Shown in pieces: positions 49,842-60,565 of a stretch of 64,000 nt of DNA. The stretch lies in the sequence record MT764206.1; one strand, 5' to 3'. The notes under the pieces are model-generated. The model searched no databases. It was not told the origin of the DNA and saw only the letters and a list, made by a program, of their open reading frames with translations. The translations under genes and the position numbers were made by a program. Source of the DNA: Escherichia phage JEP6. Numbering within the stretch: the first letter of the stretch is position 1; the number at the start of each line of letters is the position of its first letter.

Positions 49842-50124
49842 GAGAAATAATTCCTTGGTAAGCCCAATAAGGAGGATTAACAGAATCCTCGCCAGAGTTT
49901 TCTTCAGGAAAATAAACCTGGATAACGAAGCCGGATTCATCAAAGGTAAAATAAACCGTAGGCAGTTCACCTAACAAATCGGCACGAGCGTTGATTTCTT
50001 CGAGGTCTTGTTCACGTCCAGCCCAGAAGCTTGGGTTCAGACTACATTCATAGAAATAATAGTCATTACCGAACATATCAAAACCATTCCAACTCTCTAC
50101 TACATACCGCTCAAAACTAATCAT
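49813..50124 (-). CDS. hypothetical acidic protein
   Basis: 103 aa, ATG start. Confidence 0.45.
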   Translation of the reverse strand: MISFERYVVESWNGFDMFGNDYYFYECSLNPSFWAGREQDLEEINARADLLGELPTVYFTFDESGFVIQVYFPEENSGEDSVNPPYWAYQGIISRGTKLELKE

Positions 50125-50126
50125 AA

Positions 50127-50342
50127 TTAAGCCTTTTTATCAAGAACAGCATTCAGCTTGTTAGTAATTTTATCCAGACGCTCATTGAACTCACTAGAAG
50201 ATAAACCTTTTTCTGGAGAAATTAAGCTAATCACGAAAAATATAGCAATAAAAGGAATAAGGAAAATAGCTCCAACTGCCATAAACAGAAAGAATGTTAC
50301 AGTTGTAAGAAAATCAGCTAAACCTTTACGAAATTTATACAT
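50127..50342 (-). CDS. small membrane protein
   Basis: 71 aa, two hydrophobic helices. Confidence 0.5.
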   Translation of the reverse strand: MYKFRKGLADFLTTVTFFLFMAVGAIFLIPFIAIFFVISLISPEKGLSSSEFNERLDKITNKLNAVLDKKA

Positions 50343-50457
50343 ATTTTATCCTTAATTAATTAACCAAGCATTGATAAGTACTAAACTATACTGCGAATAA
50401 AATTCTGGACCAAAATGAAAAATCATATCATTTATAGTATCCATAATGTAATTCAAT

Positions 50458-50928
50458 TTAATCATGTTTCCACACCCCATCGGTATTTGACCAAAGTCGC
50501 TGATTATCTGATCCTCGCCACAACTTTTTAGTCGGAAGATTTTTCTCATACTTCCCATCAATAATAACATCAACATATTTAAGCATTTCTAGTTGTTTAA
50601 TATCTTCAAACTTATATCCTGTCCACAACCAAATGCTTTTATTGGGATAAAGATTTTTAATAGTTTGAACCACAGAGTGAATCACGTCTCTGTTATCAGG
50701 ATAAAGAGGGTCACCTCCAGTTATAGTCAATCCTTCTATATAATCATTATTCAAACATTCAATTAATTGCTCTAGTGTTTCACCAGTGAATGGAATACCA
50801 TTTCTAGCATTCCATGTTGATTTATTATAACACCCTTCGCATTTATGCAAACATCCAGTAACAAAAAGAACGGTCCTGCACCCAGGACCATTAACAAAAT
50901 CGCAAGGATAAAATCTATCATAATTCAT
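50458..50928 (-). CDS. nrdG: anaerobic RNR activase (radical SAM)
   Basis: 156 aa; CxxxCxxC-type cluster CLHKCEGCYN. Confidence 0.85.
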   Translation of the reverse strand: MNYDRFYPCDFVNGPGCRTVLFVTGCLHKCEGCYNKSTWNARNGIPFTGETLEQLIECLNNDYIEGLTITGGDPLYPDNRDVIHSVVQTIKNLYPNKSIWLWTGYKFEDIKQLEMLKYVDVIIDGKYEKNLPTKKLWRGSDNQRLWSNTDGVWKHD

Positions 50929-52206
50929 TGGTGTTTAACCCTATGCATGATTTCTTTATTTTTACCGAGATTAAATCCGCGTTCGTTCGGATTTCCCAAA
51001 TAACCACATGTTCTTCTTATTGTGTTCATCTTTTTAGGATCAGTTTCTCCACAAATAGAACAAACAAATCCGTTTTCAGTAGGAGTCATTTCATGGGTGC
51101 TTCCGCATGTAAAACATTTATCTACTGGCATATTAACACCAAAATAATCTAAATGTTGTGCAGCATAATCCCATACGGCCTCAAGACCTTTTAAGTTATT
51201 TTTCATATCAGGAAGTTCAACATAAGAAATGTGACCACCTGTCGCAATGAAATGATATGGCGCTTCACGAGAAATCTTTTCAAACGGAGTAATATTTTCT
51301 TCTACTGAAACATGGAAACTATTAGTGTACCAACCTTTATCGGTAACATCTTTTACGCTTCCATATTTTTCTGTATCAAGTTTACAGAAGCGATAACAAA
51401 GGTTTTCAGCAGGAGTCGAATATAAACTAAAAGCAAATCCGGTTCTTTCAGTCCACTGTTTAAGATGGGCATTCATTTTAGTTAAAATTTCCTGTCCAAT
51501 ATCACGACCGACAAGAATATTCAATTCATGAATACCAATGTATCCTAAAGACACTGAACTTCTACCGTTTTTAAATAACTCAATTATGTCGTCATCAGGT
51601 TTAAGACGAACCCCAAATGCACCTTCTTGGTAAAGAATAGGAGCAACAGTCGCTTTAACTCCTTTTAAGGAACTAATTCTACACATCAAAGCTTCAAAAC
51701 ACAAATCCATTCGTTCATTGAATAATTCAACAAATTTCTGTTCATTGAACTGTGTTCCAATATAAGAATCTAACGCGATGCGAGGAAGATTCAATGTTAC
51801 AACACCAAGATTATTACGTCCATCAAGAATTTCATTGCCAGTCGAATCTTTCCATACGCTCAAGAAACTACGGCAACCCATTGGAGAAACAGGAACAGAT
51901 GAACCAGTGATAGCTTTATTATTCTTAGCTGAAATAATATCAGGATACATCCTTTTGCTTGCGCACTCTAGAGCAAGCTGCTTAATATCATAGTTCGGAT
52001 CGTCTTTGTAAAGATTAACACCTTCTTCAACAAACATAACAAGCTTAGGGAAAATAGGAGTTATCCCATCACGACCAAGACCTTTAATACGATTTTTCAG
52101 AATTGCTTTCTGAATCATTCGTTCAGTCCAGTCAGTTCCCGTACCAAATGTAATTGTTACAAAAGGCGTTTGTCCGTTTGAACTAAAGAGAGTATTTACT
52201 TCATCA
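50925..52206 (-). CDS. nrdD: anaerobic ribonucleotide reductase, exon 2
   Basis: Continues ...EVNTLFSSNGQTPFV... to C-terminal zinc ribbon and glycyl-radical region; joined with exon 1 gives 605 aa. Confidence 0.8.
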
Positions 52207-53249
52207 TTATATTCAGCATGAGTCGCAAATTCATGCCCGTTTATATGAAACAACAAAATTTGGATAGTCCATAGATATGCAACGTTCTTTTATAGTGCTA
52301 GGATGAAAATTTAGCGCTTTAGCTGCTTCTATATAAGACGTATACTTAATACCGTCAACAACCACATATTCAGGAACTTTATGAATAGTAGTCTTAATAC
52401 TCAAAACAAGAGGATGAGTTTCGACTTCACTTTCAGTGCAATTTAAATATTCCGCTGCTTTTTTAAAACTTCTAAAAGTTTTATTTTTAAGCTTTATCGA
52501 TACTTGTTTTTTACTTTTTCGACTATTGATATTATTTTGCACATGTTCCTTAGATCTTCCGTTTTTAGCATAATATTCAGCTACAGAAGATTTTATATTG
52601 TTTTTATGAGATTCGGATAACACTTTACCCTTATGAGCATCTCTTAATTTTTGAATATGTTCTTCAGTATCCGGATGCTTATAAAACTTTTTACCGCCTA
52701 TGGATTTATTTAAACATTTTTTGCTATAAAAATATTTACGTATGACCTCTTCTTCATGTTTTAATGCATCTTTATAACTATCAAATGTTTTTAAAATTAT
52801 CCATTTAGTAGGTGTATCAGTTTTTAAGCGTTCATTTATATACTTAGATGACGTTGTGTAAGTTTTCCAGTTTGTGGGCTTGTTTTTAATTGTTCTAAAT
52901 TTTTTATAACCGATATAAATGTCGCCATTAGAAAACTTAACTAAGTATGTAAATGCGTCTTTATCTTTTATTTTAGTACAACGTCTTTTTATCCATTTCA
53001 TTGTTTCACCTCGTATTCATAAGATAATCTTATTTATACAAGATGACTGCTGCATGTCGCCATGCAGATTAGACTATATCTTCATCTTTCGATGCCGGCC
53101 GTTTCGAATAGCATTAGCTTCTATTCTACACCGCTACATTCATCACGGTTAGTCGTTAGGCATTTAGTTCAAAAGAACATTTAGCACGGGATTGTCTACT
53201 AGAGAGGTTCCCCGTTTAGACCGGTTTTACATGAGCCTGAATTAAATTA
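52207..53249 (-). mobile_element. group I intron in nrdD (approx. 1043 nt), boundaries inferred
   Basis: Exon 1 frame stops at 53242; exon 2 frame open from about 52206; intervening 5' core (GACAAUCCCGUGCUAAAU...) plus GIY-YIG ORF; junction after exon U 53250 / intron G 52207 restores QAYE-Y-EVN. Confidence 0.7.
52231..53001 (-). CDS. intron-encoded GIY-YIG homing endonuclease (I-TevII-like)
   Basis: 256 aa; N-terminal YLVKFSNGDIYIGY; SD GAGGTG; entirely inside nrdD intron. Confidence 0.75.
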   Translation of the reverse strand: MKWIKRRCTKIKDKDAFTYLVKFSNGDIYIGYKKFRTIKNKPTNWKTYTTSSKYINERLKTDTPTKWIILKTFDSYKDALKHEEEVIRKYFYSKKCLNKSIGGKKFYKHPDTEEHIQKLRDAHKGKVLSESHKNNIKSSVAEYYAKNGRSKEHVQNNINSRKSKKQVSIKLKNKTFRSFKKAAEYLNCTESEVETHPLVLSIKTTIHKVPEYVVVDGIKYTSYIEAAKALNFHPSTIKERCISMDYPNFVVSYKRA

Positions 53250-53787
53250 ACTCATACGCCTGAAACGCGTCGTATACGTCTTTTTCTGTTTTAGATTGGG
53301 CATAATTCAACGCATCAGCGATTTGCCATTTTTCTGCATCCTCAATATGTTTTGCATAGGTGCGTTTAACATATGGAGAAAGTACTTTATCTACATTCGC
53401 AAAAGTCGTTCCGCCATATTGATGAGAAGCAACCTGTGCAGTAATTTGTGCCATAATTGCAGTAGCAACGCCGATTGATTTAGGAGTTTCAATCTGCGCA
53501 TTACCGAGCTTAAATCCGTTTTCAAGCATTCCTTTTAAATCTACTAAACAGCAATTAGTAAATGGAAGAGCAGGGGAATAATCAATATCATGGAAATGGA
53601 TAATTCCGCTTTCATGCGCTTTCATAATAAAAGACGGGACCATATTTTTGGCAATGTGTTTAGACACAATACCAGCCATAAGGTCCCGTTGAGTTGGAAA
53701 AACACGAGAATCTTTATTAGCATTCTCGTTTAAAAGGTCTTTATTAGTTTTATGAATCAATCCTTCAATTTCTTTTTCAATTGTCAT
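53250..53787 (-). CDS. nrdD: anaerobic ribonucleotide reductase, exon 1
   Basis: MTIEKEIEGLIHKTNKDLL... through ...DAFQAYE. Confidence 0.8.
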
Positions 53788-54257
53788 TTTAAACTCTTTC
53801 TAAGCTGCTTCTTAAATGAAGCTATTAATTGTGTTTTGGTGTCAGATTCATTATATTCAAATCCTCTTTGAAGCATCTCAGCCATCATTTCCTCTTTTCC
53901 TAAACGAGAAAATTCCTTTGATTTATCTCCAACAAAGTTAGGGTGAATATTATTTTGGGTGTAATCGGATTTTAAATAAGTAAGTAAATTTTCTAGCCAT
54001 TCAAGATAATCAACGCCTTGTCCTTTTAAACCAGAACGATTAAATTTATGTTTCATTTGACCTTCTGCAGCATTGCAGAGATTACAAAGCAATCCACGTA
54101 CCTTTCCTGCTTTTGGTCCATTTAATTCATGGTCATGGTCGAGGTGATTAGCTTGAACATCAGGATTTAGTTCTCGTTGGCAAATTAAGCATTTACCGTT
54201 TTGTGCATTATAAAATTTTTGTTTTTCTTCTTTGTATAATTTGCCAGTCAATAACAT
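53784..54257 (-). CDS. 49: endonuclease VII (Holliday junction resolvase)
   Basis: 157 aa; zinc-binding CLICQRE...CNLCN. Confidence 0.9.
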   Translation of the reverse strand: MLLTGKLYKEEKQKFYNAQNGKCLICQRELNPDVQANHLDHDHELNGPKAGKVRGLLCNLCNAAEGQMKHKFNRSGLKGQGVDYLEWLENLLTYLKSDYTQNNIHPNFVGDKSKEFSRLGKEEMMAEMLQRGFEYNESDTKTQLIASFKKQLRKSLK

Positions 54258-54299
54258 AATAAAACCCTTACCTTGAATAGATAAGGGTATTTATTATTT

Positions 54300-54476
54300 T
54301 CAAGTATTGTAAAACATTCGATGCAATCGCTTATATTGTCGAATCATCTTTTTAGTAGGACGAGAATAAGTTCCTACACAAGTGGTCATATTAGGGTCTG
54401 TAGAATTTCCTTTAATAAAAAGTTTCCAAACCTTACCGCCATTTAACTTTTCAGTATAAATCAATTCAGTTTTCAT
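54300..54476 (-). CDS. small hypothetical protein (58 aa)
   Basis: MKTELIYTEKLNGGKVWKLF...; TAATG-coupled. Confidence 0.35.
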   Translation of the reverse strand: MKTELIYTEKLNGGKVWKLFIKGNSTDPNMTTCVGTYSRPTKKMIRQYKRLHRMFYNT

Positions 54477-54940
54477 TAAAATGCTCGGTCAGAAAAAGAA
54501 ATTTGAGTTTCAAGCCATTCAATATATTCTGCCGCAGCTTGCATCAAATTTCCTTCATAACCATCGTTGTTTTCTTGCGCAGCTAATTTAGCTAATGCAT
54601 ATGAAATGCGTTCACCTTGAAAAGCGGCTTTAGGTTTATGAATAGCTTGATCAACTCGTTCTACAACTTCTTCAATTTCGCCATTTTCTACTGATTCAGT
54701 ATTCCACAAGCACCAATACGTAATTGGCTTATCGTAGATGTTAATAACCTTTCCATCAGAAAGTTCAATTTCAATAATTCCAGTATCAGGTTCTATATCA
54801 TCTTCACATTCTTTTGCGAGTTCACGAACTTTAAAGACAGTACCTGCACTAAGTTCTGGCCAATAATTACATAGCCCTTTATCAGCACGATTAATTCTAA
54901 ACCACTTATCTACTGTAATCATGTCCCATCTCCATATCAA
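54476..54940 (-). CDS. hypothetical protein
   Basis: 154 aa. Confidence 0.5.
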   Translation of the reverse strand: MIWRWDMITVDKWFRINRADKGLCNYWPELSAGTVFKVRELAKECEDDIEPDTGIIEIELSDGKVINIYDKPITYWCLWNTESVENGEIEEVVERVDQAIHKPKAAFQGERISYALAKLAAQENNDGYEGNLMQAAAEYIEWLETQISFSDRAF

Positions 54941-55045
54941 TTAAGTCATTTATCGTAGGTTCATTATATACTATTTCTTCATCAGTGTAAACCGGTTCTT
55001 CCGGCTCTGGCTCTACAGTTTCCCATCTAGCCGCCCACCAGGGTT

Positions 55046-55366
55046 TTATAGCGTAATCCATTCTCGTATTGTCTGAGTTACTACACGTTCACGGGGCTCG
55101 ACCAGTTCAACAGTCGGAACTGCATAATACCAGTCAGAATGGTAAGAACCTGAACGGCATTCATTTACGGAAACATGTACATTATGTTTTGGACTAAAAT
55201 AAACACACTGACGATATTGACATTTACCGTCTTGCACCCAGTCTTCTATTTCGATAGGTTTAAGATAATCCGAAAAATCGAAATCATAATTTTCTGAAAA
55301 TGCATCATGGTCTTCGATGATTTCACTCAGAACTGCATCAACATCTAATTTATTTTCAATATTCAT
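55046..55366 (-). CDS. hypothetical protein
   Basis: 106 aa. Confidence 0.5.
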   Translation of the reverse strand: MNIENKLDVDAVLSEIIEDHDAFSENYDFDFSDYLKPIEIEDWVQDGKCQYRQCVYFSPKHNVHVSVNECRSGSYHSDWYYAVPTVELVEPRERVVTQTIREWITL

Positions 55367-55376
55367 TTTTCACCAA

Positions 55377-55586
55377 TTAATTTCGCAATTTATTAAGTTC
55401 TTCATAATCAATCCAGGATTCTAGTCCTGATGGCAAATCAGATTCAATTTCCCAAAGAAGCTCTTCAATTTTCTGAAGACGTTCTAATTCTTCAGCTGGA
55501 ATAGTAACCATTGATGGAGCTCTTGATACGCTAATATCGTAAATCATATTTACCCCAGTTTGACCATACAATCGCCATATTTCCAT
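55377..55586 (-). CDS. hypothetical protein
   Basis: 69 aa. Confidence 0.45.
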   Translation of the reverse strand: MEIWRLYGQTGVNMIYDISVSRAPSMVTIPAEELERLQKIEELLWEIESDLPSGLESWIDYEELNKLRN

Positions 55587-55765
55587 TTAGAAATAGACTT
55601 TTCACCATTAGAATAATAAACTTCGAGTTTAGCACGGCCATTTTTAATTTGAATAACCTTTGCTGTCATCAAAGTTCCATACCCATAATAAACTGCAACC
55701 TCATCACCTACATATACCGCGCTTCCGCGGTAGTCATGGATATAATCAGTTCCTTCGAGCATCAT
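55550..55765 (-). CDS. hypothetical protein
   Basis: 71 aa. Confidence 0.45.
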   Translation of the reverse strand: MMLEGTDYIHDYRGSAVYVGDEVAVYYGYGTLMTAKVIQIKNGRAKLEVYYSNGEKSISKWKYGDCMVKLG

Positions 55766-56025
55766 TTAAAGTATTCCCGCAATTGGTCAAATCCACCAAT
55801 ATGACTTCCATCAGGAGCAAATACTTGTGGCATCGTCAGTCCAATTTGAGTATCACGACCCAGTTTAGTTAGAAGCTCAGCGATTTTCTCATCATCAAAA
55901 ACACCTTTTTCCGGCATAATGTTGATAAATTCAAACGGCTGTTTCTTCACAGTCAAGAGACGTTTTGCATTATCGCAATACACACATTTGTGGATGTTGC
56001 TATCATAACCATATACTTTAAACAT
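55762..56025 (-). CDS. nrdC: glutaredoxin/thioredoxin NrdC
   Basis: 87 aa; CVYC active site; matches T4 NrdC. Confidence 0.85.
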   Translation of the reverse strand: MFKVYGYDSNIHKCVYCDNAKRLLTVKKQPFEFINIMPEKGVFDDEKIAELLTKLGRDTQIGLTMPQVFAPDGSHIGGFDQLREYFK

Positions 56026-56026
56026 A

Positions 56027-56317
56027 TTATTCCTTAATTCCTAGTACTTGTTTAAAAGTCTCGTCGTAATCAAGACTTTGACCTGTTTGTTCTTTATGTT
56101 TGTATATAATATCACTTACTTCTGATAGCATATTTTTATATGAACGAGTTAAAGCAGATTTAAGCACGCTGTATCTATCAGGAAATTTACCATGTTCATT
56201 ATAATAAGCTATTGCTAATTCACGGACTGCCTTTTCAGCAGTCTCCATATATTCTTTACGCTTGGTCATTTTCTTCTCGGTTAAATCGGTGTTTGCAATG
56301 ACGACATTTATATTCAA
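56027..56317 (-). CDS. hypothetical protein
   Basis: 96 aa; start may be internal Met. Confidence 0.45.
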
Positions 56318-56573
56318 GCTCTGGTTTACGCCAGTTAATCAATTGGACCTGTTCAGTACCACATTTTGGGCAATTCGGAACATTCTTAGAAGCCCTTTCG
56401 CGGCGTTCAACCATAACCATAATGGCATCCCAAGCAGGAGGTTTAAAGTCTAGATCGTCACAGCCATGAATCTTTCCACGCATTTCCAAATCGTCTTCTT
56501 CACCAGCCATAATAATTTTAATTAGACTAGAATTACTTGAAGCTGCAATGTCTTCTAATAGACGCTTTTTCAT
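56256..56573 (-). CDS. zinc-ribbon protein
   Basis: 105 aa; CPKCGTEQ...CRHCKH. Confidence 0.5.
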
Positions 56574-57499
56574 TTCAATACCTCAATAGCATTGCGTAAA
56601 CCATTTGCTTTGGCGGTTAAAGCCTTAAGAACTTTAGTATGCTCTTCAATTTGTTTTTCAACTTCAATCAAACGAGCATTGAGATATTCGCGTTCTTCAC
56701 TCAGATTATCAGCCTTTTCTGCTTTAGGTTCTTTTACAACTTGCTTATATGTATTAGGGTTCTTCAGTTTAATTAGAATGCGTGAACTGTACAGCATTGA
56801 ACCATTATCTTCGGTTTCGTCATACATTTCCACTACGTCCATCATCTCCACCATCGTGCAGAGTTTATAAGACAACGAACGAATAATTTTGTTGTGCTTA
56901 TTAATTTCTCTAGCTGTCATGGTGCCGAGATTACGTGAGTAATAATAAGGAACCTGGATATTAATTAATACTGATGAACCACCTGGCTTGTGTGTTACTT
57001 CATCAGCAATAACCCAATCCTTAACATGAACTGTATTTGTACGGTCATCGCCCGCGGTAAATAGTTTACGAGCATGCTTAAAAAGCATATTCACTTGGTC
57101 ATTGAATTGACAAGCGAATTTATCAGCAAATTTAGTTTCGGGAATGGTAGATAACCAATCAGCCAAATGGGTCTTTTTAACATCGTTAACAATAGTAAAT
57201 TCAACCAAATCGGTTATAGATGTCTCAGATTTAATGAAGCTCGGCTTCATAAAGTTTTTAATGTTATCACTAGCTACAGTAGAAGATAACAGACGAGAAC
57301 GTTTAAACCATTGAAGCAAATTGCCTAACGAATGTGAATACGCATTTTGTGTATCTTTACAAATATGGTTTTCCCATCCAATATAGTCTAAAAAATCACG
57401 AAGAATATTATTGATTACTGCTCTGTGTCCTATCTGATAATTACGATGTTTAGTAATAAGACTGTCAAAATAATCAATATAATGTTTACGAGTTTTCAT
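56570..57499 (-). CDS. paralog-array protein 1 (C-terminal coiled coil)
   Basis: 309 aa; shares KQxLxxAS(R/K)LxxGD-type core and heptad C-terminus with next three ORFs. Confidence 0.6.
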   Translation of the reverse strand: MKTRKHYIDYFDSLITKHRNYQIGHRAVINNILRDFLDYIGWENHICKDTQNAYSHSLGNLLQWFKRSRLLSSTVASDNIKNFMKPSFIKSETSITDLVEFTIVNDVKKTHLADWLSTIPETKFADKFACQFNDQVNMLFKHARKLFTAGDDRTNTVHVKDWVIADEVTHKPGGSSVLINIQVPYYYSRNLGTMTAREINKHNKIIRSLSYKLCTMVEMMDVVEMYDETEDNGSMLYSSRILIKLKNPNTYKQVVKEPKAEKADNLSEEREYLNARLIEVEKQIEEHTKVLKALTAKANGLRNAIEVLK

Positions 57500-57551
57500 G
57501 TTCTTCTCACTTGGTTAATGATTTATACTCCGAGCCATCCTTGGCTTTAAA

Positions 57552-58554
57552 TTACTTAATTAACTGTAAAGCTTGTTCCAGACGATCAAGACGATTAACA
57601 GATTCTTCCCAAATCCTTTTAGCCTGCTCATATTCTTTCTGCGCTTTATTAGAAATTTCTAGAACTTCTTTATAAGCTTTTTCTAGTGCAATAACTTCTG
57701 GACGAATTTCTATCGGTTCAGGTGAATCATCAAGACATTCCATTAGTTCCTCAAGGGTAGTTTCTTCTTTAGGAGTATTCACAATTTCATCACATTTTTG
57801 TTGGTAAATTTCTTTATCAGTTAGTGAATAAGCACATTTCACTTCACGAAGGCTAATTACGAGTTTATATCCTTCCCAGCCGCATATATTCTTAAAAGGA
57901 TATGTATGAATACTTTTTACAGTTTCCATACAGCCCAAAGCCGCCTCTAATTGATGAGTTATAGTGCTAGCAATTGAGAAAAATTTATTAATGTTCTTTT
58001 GGTTAGCTTCTGGTGTAAAAAATCTGTAATTAATAAAAATAGCTACTTTGTTTTTATCAAGCTCATATTCTTCTGCTATAATCATATCATCAGCTAAGGG
58101 ATGAATTTGACGATAATCGCCATAACATAATTTAGAAGCTGATTTTAGAATTTGCTTCGTAAAACTCCTAAATTCACTAACCCAACGACGAGTAAAAATA
58201 TTCTCAGGGTCTTCTTTAGTATTAAGATGATAAGTATTAACATCACCGAACCAATTATATCCTACTACATCTTTGGTTCGTTTAATTTCTTTCCCAAAAT
58301 TACCAAGAATATCCCGATTAACCAAATATGAAAGAAGACGAGACTCTTTAAAGGTTTTCTTGATAAGATCTTTATCTACACGGCTAGAAATTTTACGAAT
58401 TTCATGAATAAATTTAGTAGAAGAAACAATACTTGCATCAACACTATTGAGCCATTGATTGATAATAGAAAGAACGCTATTTTGGCCAAACATCGGTATA
58501 GCTTTATCATCAATAACGCTATTGAATGATTTGATATATTCGTTACGAGTCATA
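57552..58554 (-). CDS. paralog-array protein 2
   Basis: Start at MTRNEYIK (SD GAGGAG), about 334 aa; motif FTKQILKSASKLCYGDY. Confidence 0.6.
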
Positions 58555-58580
58555 ATAATCTCCTCAGTAGAAAGTAAAAA

Positions 58581-58610
58581 CATTATACCACATCCTTGTG
58601 GCAAAGTAAA
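58581..58610 (-). promoter_or_regulatory. early promoter (GTTTAC / TGGTATAAT)
   Basis: Palindromic spacer CCACAAGGATGTGG. Confidence 0.55.
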
Positions 58611-59633
58611 CTAGTTCAGTGCATTTAGTGCATTGTTCAGTTTAGAACGTTGCTTTGTCAGATTTTGAACCCTTGACTGAGCTTGTTTTAACACCTTTTC
58701 AGCTTCTAACACTTCATTGGTCGCTTTAACGAGTTCATCATCTACTGCCTTAAGAGACTTCTCAATCGCGTCAGCGTGCCATTTTTCTACAGGTTTAAAA
58801 TTTGAATTTTCAGTAGGAAGAAAACTCACTTTATTAAGTTTACATGCATCTATATTGCTTGAGCTATACATCCAAAATTTAGGATCGTTTGATGAGTAAT
58901 TAGATGAATTTAAGGTATTTTGCACTTCCTGCTTTTTCTCTTGAACAATTTCATCCTTTCTCAAAAATTCATATTTAAATGAAACGATCATATCAAGTTC
59001 ATATGTTGTTGTATGTTCCCAATTTCGCTCAAAATGAGGTAAAATCTTAGATTGAACAGCAGCAACAACATCCATATACTTAAATGCTTCTGTCAGCTGT
59101 GATTTAAGACATTCACAAATTGAAAGAGAATTTTTTGTATTAGGTTTAAAGCTAATTCGTGCAGTTCTATTATTTTCTTTTAATGGTCTTACTTCCATCT
59201 GAAGAGTATAACCATCAAATTTCAGGTTCTTTAAGTTAATGTCAGAACCTTTTAATCGACTCGCAATTGATAAAATTTGTTTTAATTGTTTACGGAATAG
59301 AGCAATAAATCTCCATTCAAGACGATAATGATTTGGATTAAAAAATCCAGTTGATAGATCAGTCTTACTTTGACCAACGCCTCGAACAAATAGAGGATTT
59401 TTATAATCAATAGTTTTACAGAAATCGGTGAGCTGCTCGCGAGCAGTCATTTGTGTAATATACCCTGCTTTACTAAAATTACGCACCCATTCACTGCTAT
59501 TCGTATACTTAAAGTGATGAATAACACGATTAACTTTATCAGGGTCTAAATTATTTTCACACAAAAATGTCATAACATCACGAGTATAACTGGCATTACG
59601 AACCATATCTTCAATTTGAGAACGAGTTTTCAT
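58611..59633 (-). CDS. paralog-array protein 3
   Basis: 340 aa; motif FRKQLKQILSIASRLKGSD. Confidence 0.6.
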   Translation of the reverse strand: MKTRSQIEDMVRNASYTRDVMTFLCENNLDPDKVNRVIHHFKYTNSSEWVRNFSKAGYITQMTAREQLTDFCKTIDYKNPLFVRGVGQSKTDLSTGFFNPNHYRLEWRFIALFRKQLKQILSIASRLKGSDINLKNLKFDGYTLQMEVRPLKENNRTARISFKPNTKNSLSICECLKSQLTEAFKYMDVVAAVQSKILPHFERNWEHTTTYELDMIVSFKYEFLRKDEIVQEKKQEVQNTLNSSNYSSNDPKFWMYSSSNIDACKLNKVSFLPTENSNFKPVEKWHADAIEKSLKAVDDELVKATNEVLEAEKVLKQAQSRVQNLTKQRSKLNNALNALN

Positions 59634-59641
59634 GGTGTTCC

Positions 59642-60565
59642 TTAAGATTTAAGTAAATCAACAATTTTAATTAATTTTTCACGTTCAGATTTAGCTTTAC
59701 TACTCAATCCAGATAGTCTGAAAATTTCATCGTCATATTGTTGAATAGAAATATTCAGCTCTTCAATTTGCTTATTAAAATAATCAATTTGTTCAGAATG
59801 CTTTTCATTACTGCGAACTGGTACAGGTTTTGTAGGCAATTTAGATGAACTGGATTCATCTGGGCGATAAATTAAAATGCAATTTGAACCAATCGGACAT
59901 TTAGCACCAGACACATATTCTAATGTTCCGGCTTCTTTTAAAACTTCAAAGGCTAAACAGAGATGATGCCCCATATTAACATAATCTGTAGAGCGAGCTC
60001 TGACGTAATAATCATCTCCACGAGTGCTAAATTTAAAGCATTTAAGGTCTTCTGTATTATTGGTCTTAAAAATCATTTGTTTATCTAGACCTTTAGCTAA
60101 TCGAGCACCTAATGCTAATAATCGTCGTTGATTTTCCCACAAATCCGCAATCATTTGGTCGAATGATAATTTTGGCATTAGTCGACCATAAAGGTCATAT
60201 CCTTTATTATAATTGCGAAGAATTTCACTCGCATTAATACGAGACAATGCTCCAATTTTATTAAGGGCTTTCATGATGCGATTAGATAAAAGCATTCCAG
60301 ACCCGTTTGTTCGTTGTAAATGTTTTTCTAATCCAAATCCAATATCAACTTTAAACTTATCTAAAATTTCGGCGTGAACATCTTTATCGATAACATTTAA
60401 ATTTAGTACTGGGTTAAATTTATGAAAAAATTTATCTGACTCGTCGCGTTGAAGTACAGTCCATTCATTTGATTTTTTATTAACTAAAGATTTAATTACT
60501 GCATTGACATTATTAATTGCTACTGACATATTTTCCTCACTCAATTTCAATTTTACTAAATACAC
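59642..60565 (-). CDS. paralog-array protein 4
   Basis: 307 aa; motif RRLLALGARLAKGLD. Confidence 0.6.
   Translation of the reverse strand: MYLVKLKLSEENMSVAINNVNAVIKSLVNKKSNEWTVLQRDESDKFFHKFNPVLNLNVIDKDVHAEILDKFKVDIGFGLEKHLQRTNGSGMLLSNRIMKALNKIGALSRINASEILRNYNKGYDLYGRLMPKLSFDQMIADLWENQRRLLALGARLAKGLDKQMIFKTNNTEDLKCFKFSTRGDDYYVRARSTDYVNMGHHLCLAFEVLKEAGTLEYVSGAKCPIGSNCILIYRPDESSSSKLPTKPVPVRSNEKHSEQIDYFNKQIEELNISIQQYDDEIFRLSGLSSKAKSEREKLIKIVDLLKS

Noticed and set aside
49518-49970. 150-aa version of nrdH with a long hydrophobic N-terminal extension
   Set aside because: The extension overlaps the upstream gene by 158 nt and precedes the SD; a GTG start at 49841 gives a normal-size glutaredoxin-like protein.
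53242-53787. nrdD apparently truncated or frameshifted (181-aa and 443-aa ORFs)
   Set aside because: The interruption is a group I intron with an endonuclease ORF; the exon frames join to a 605-aa product.
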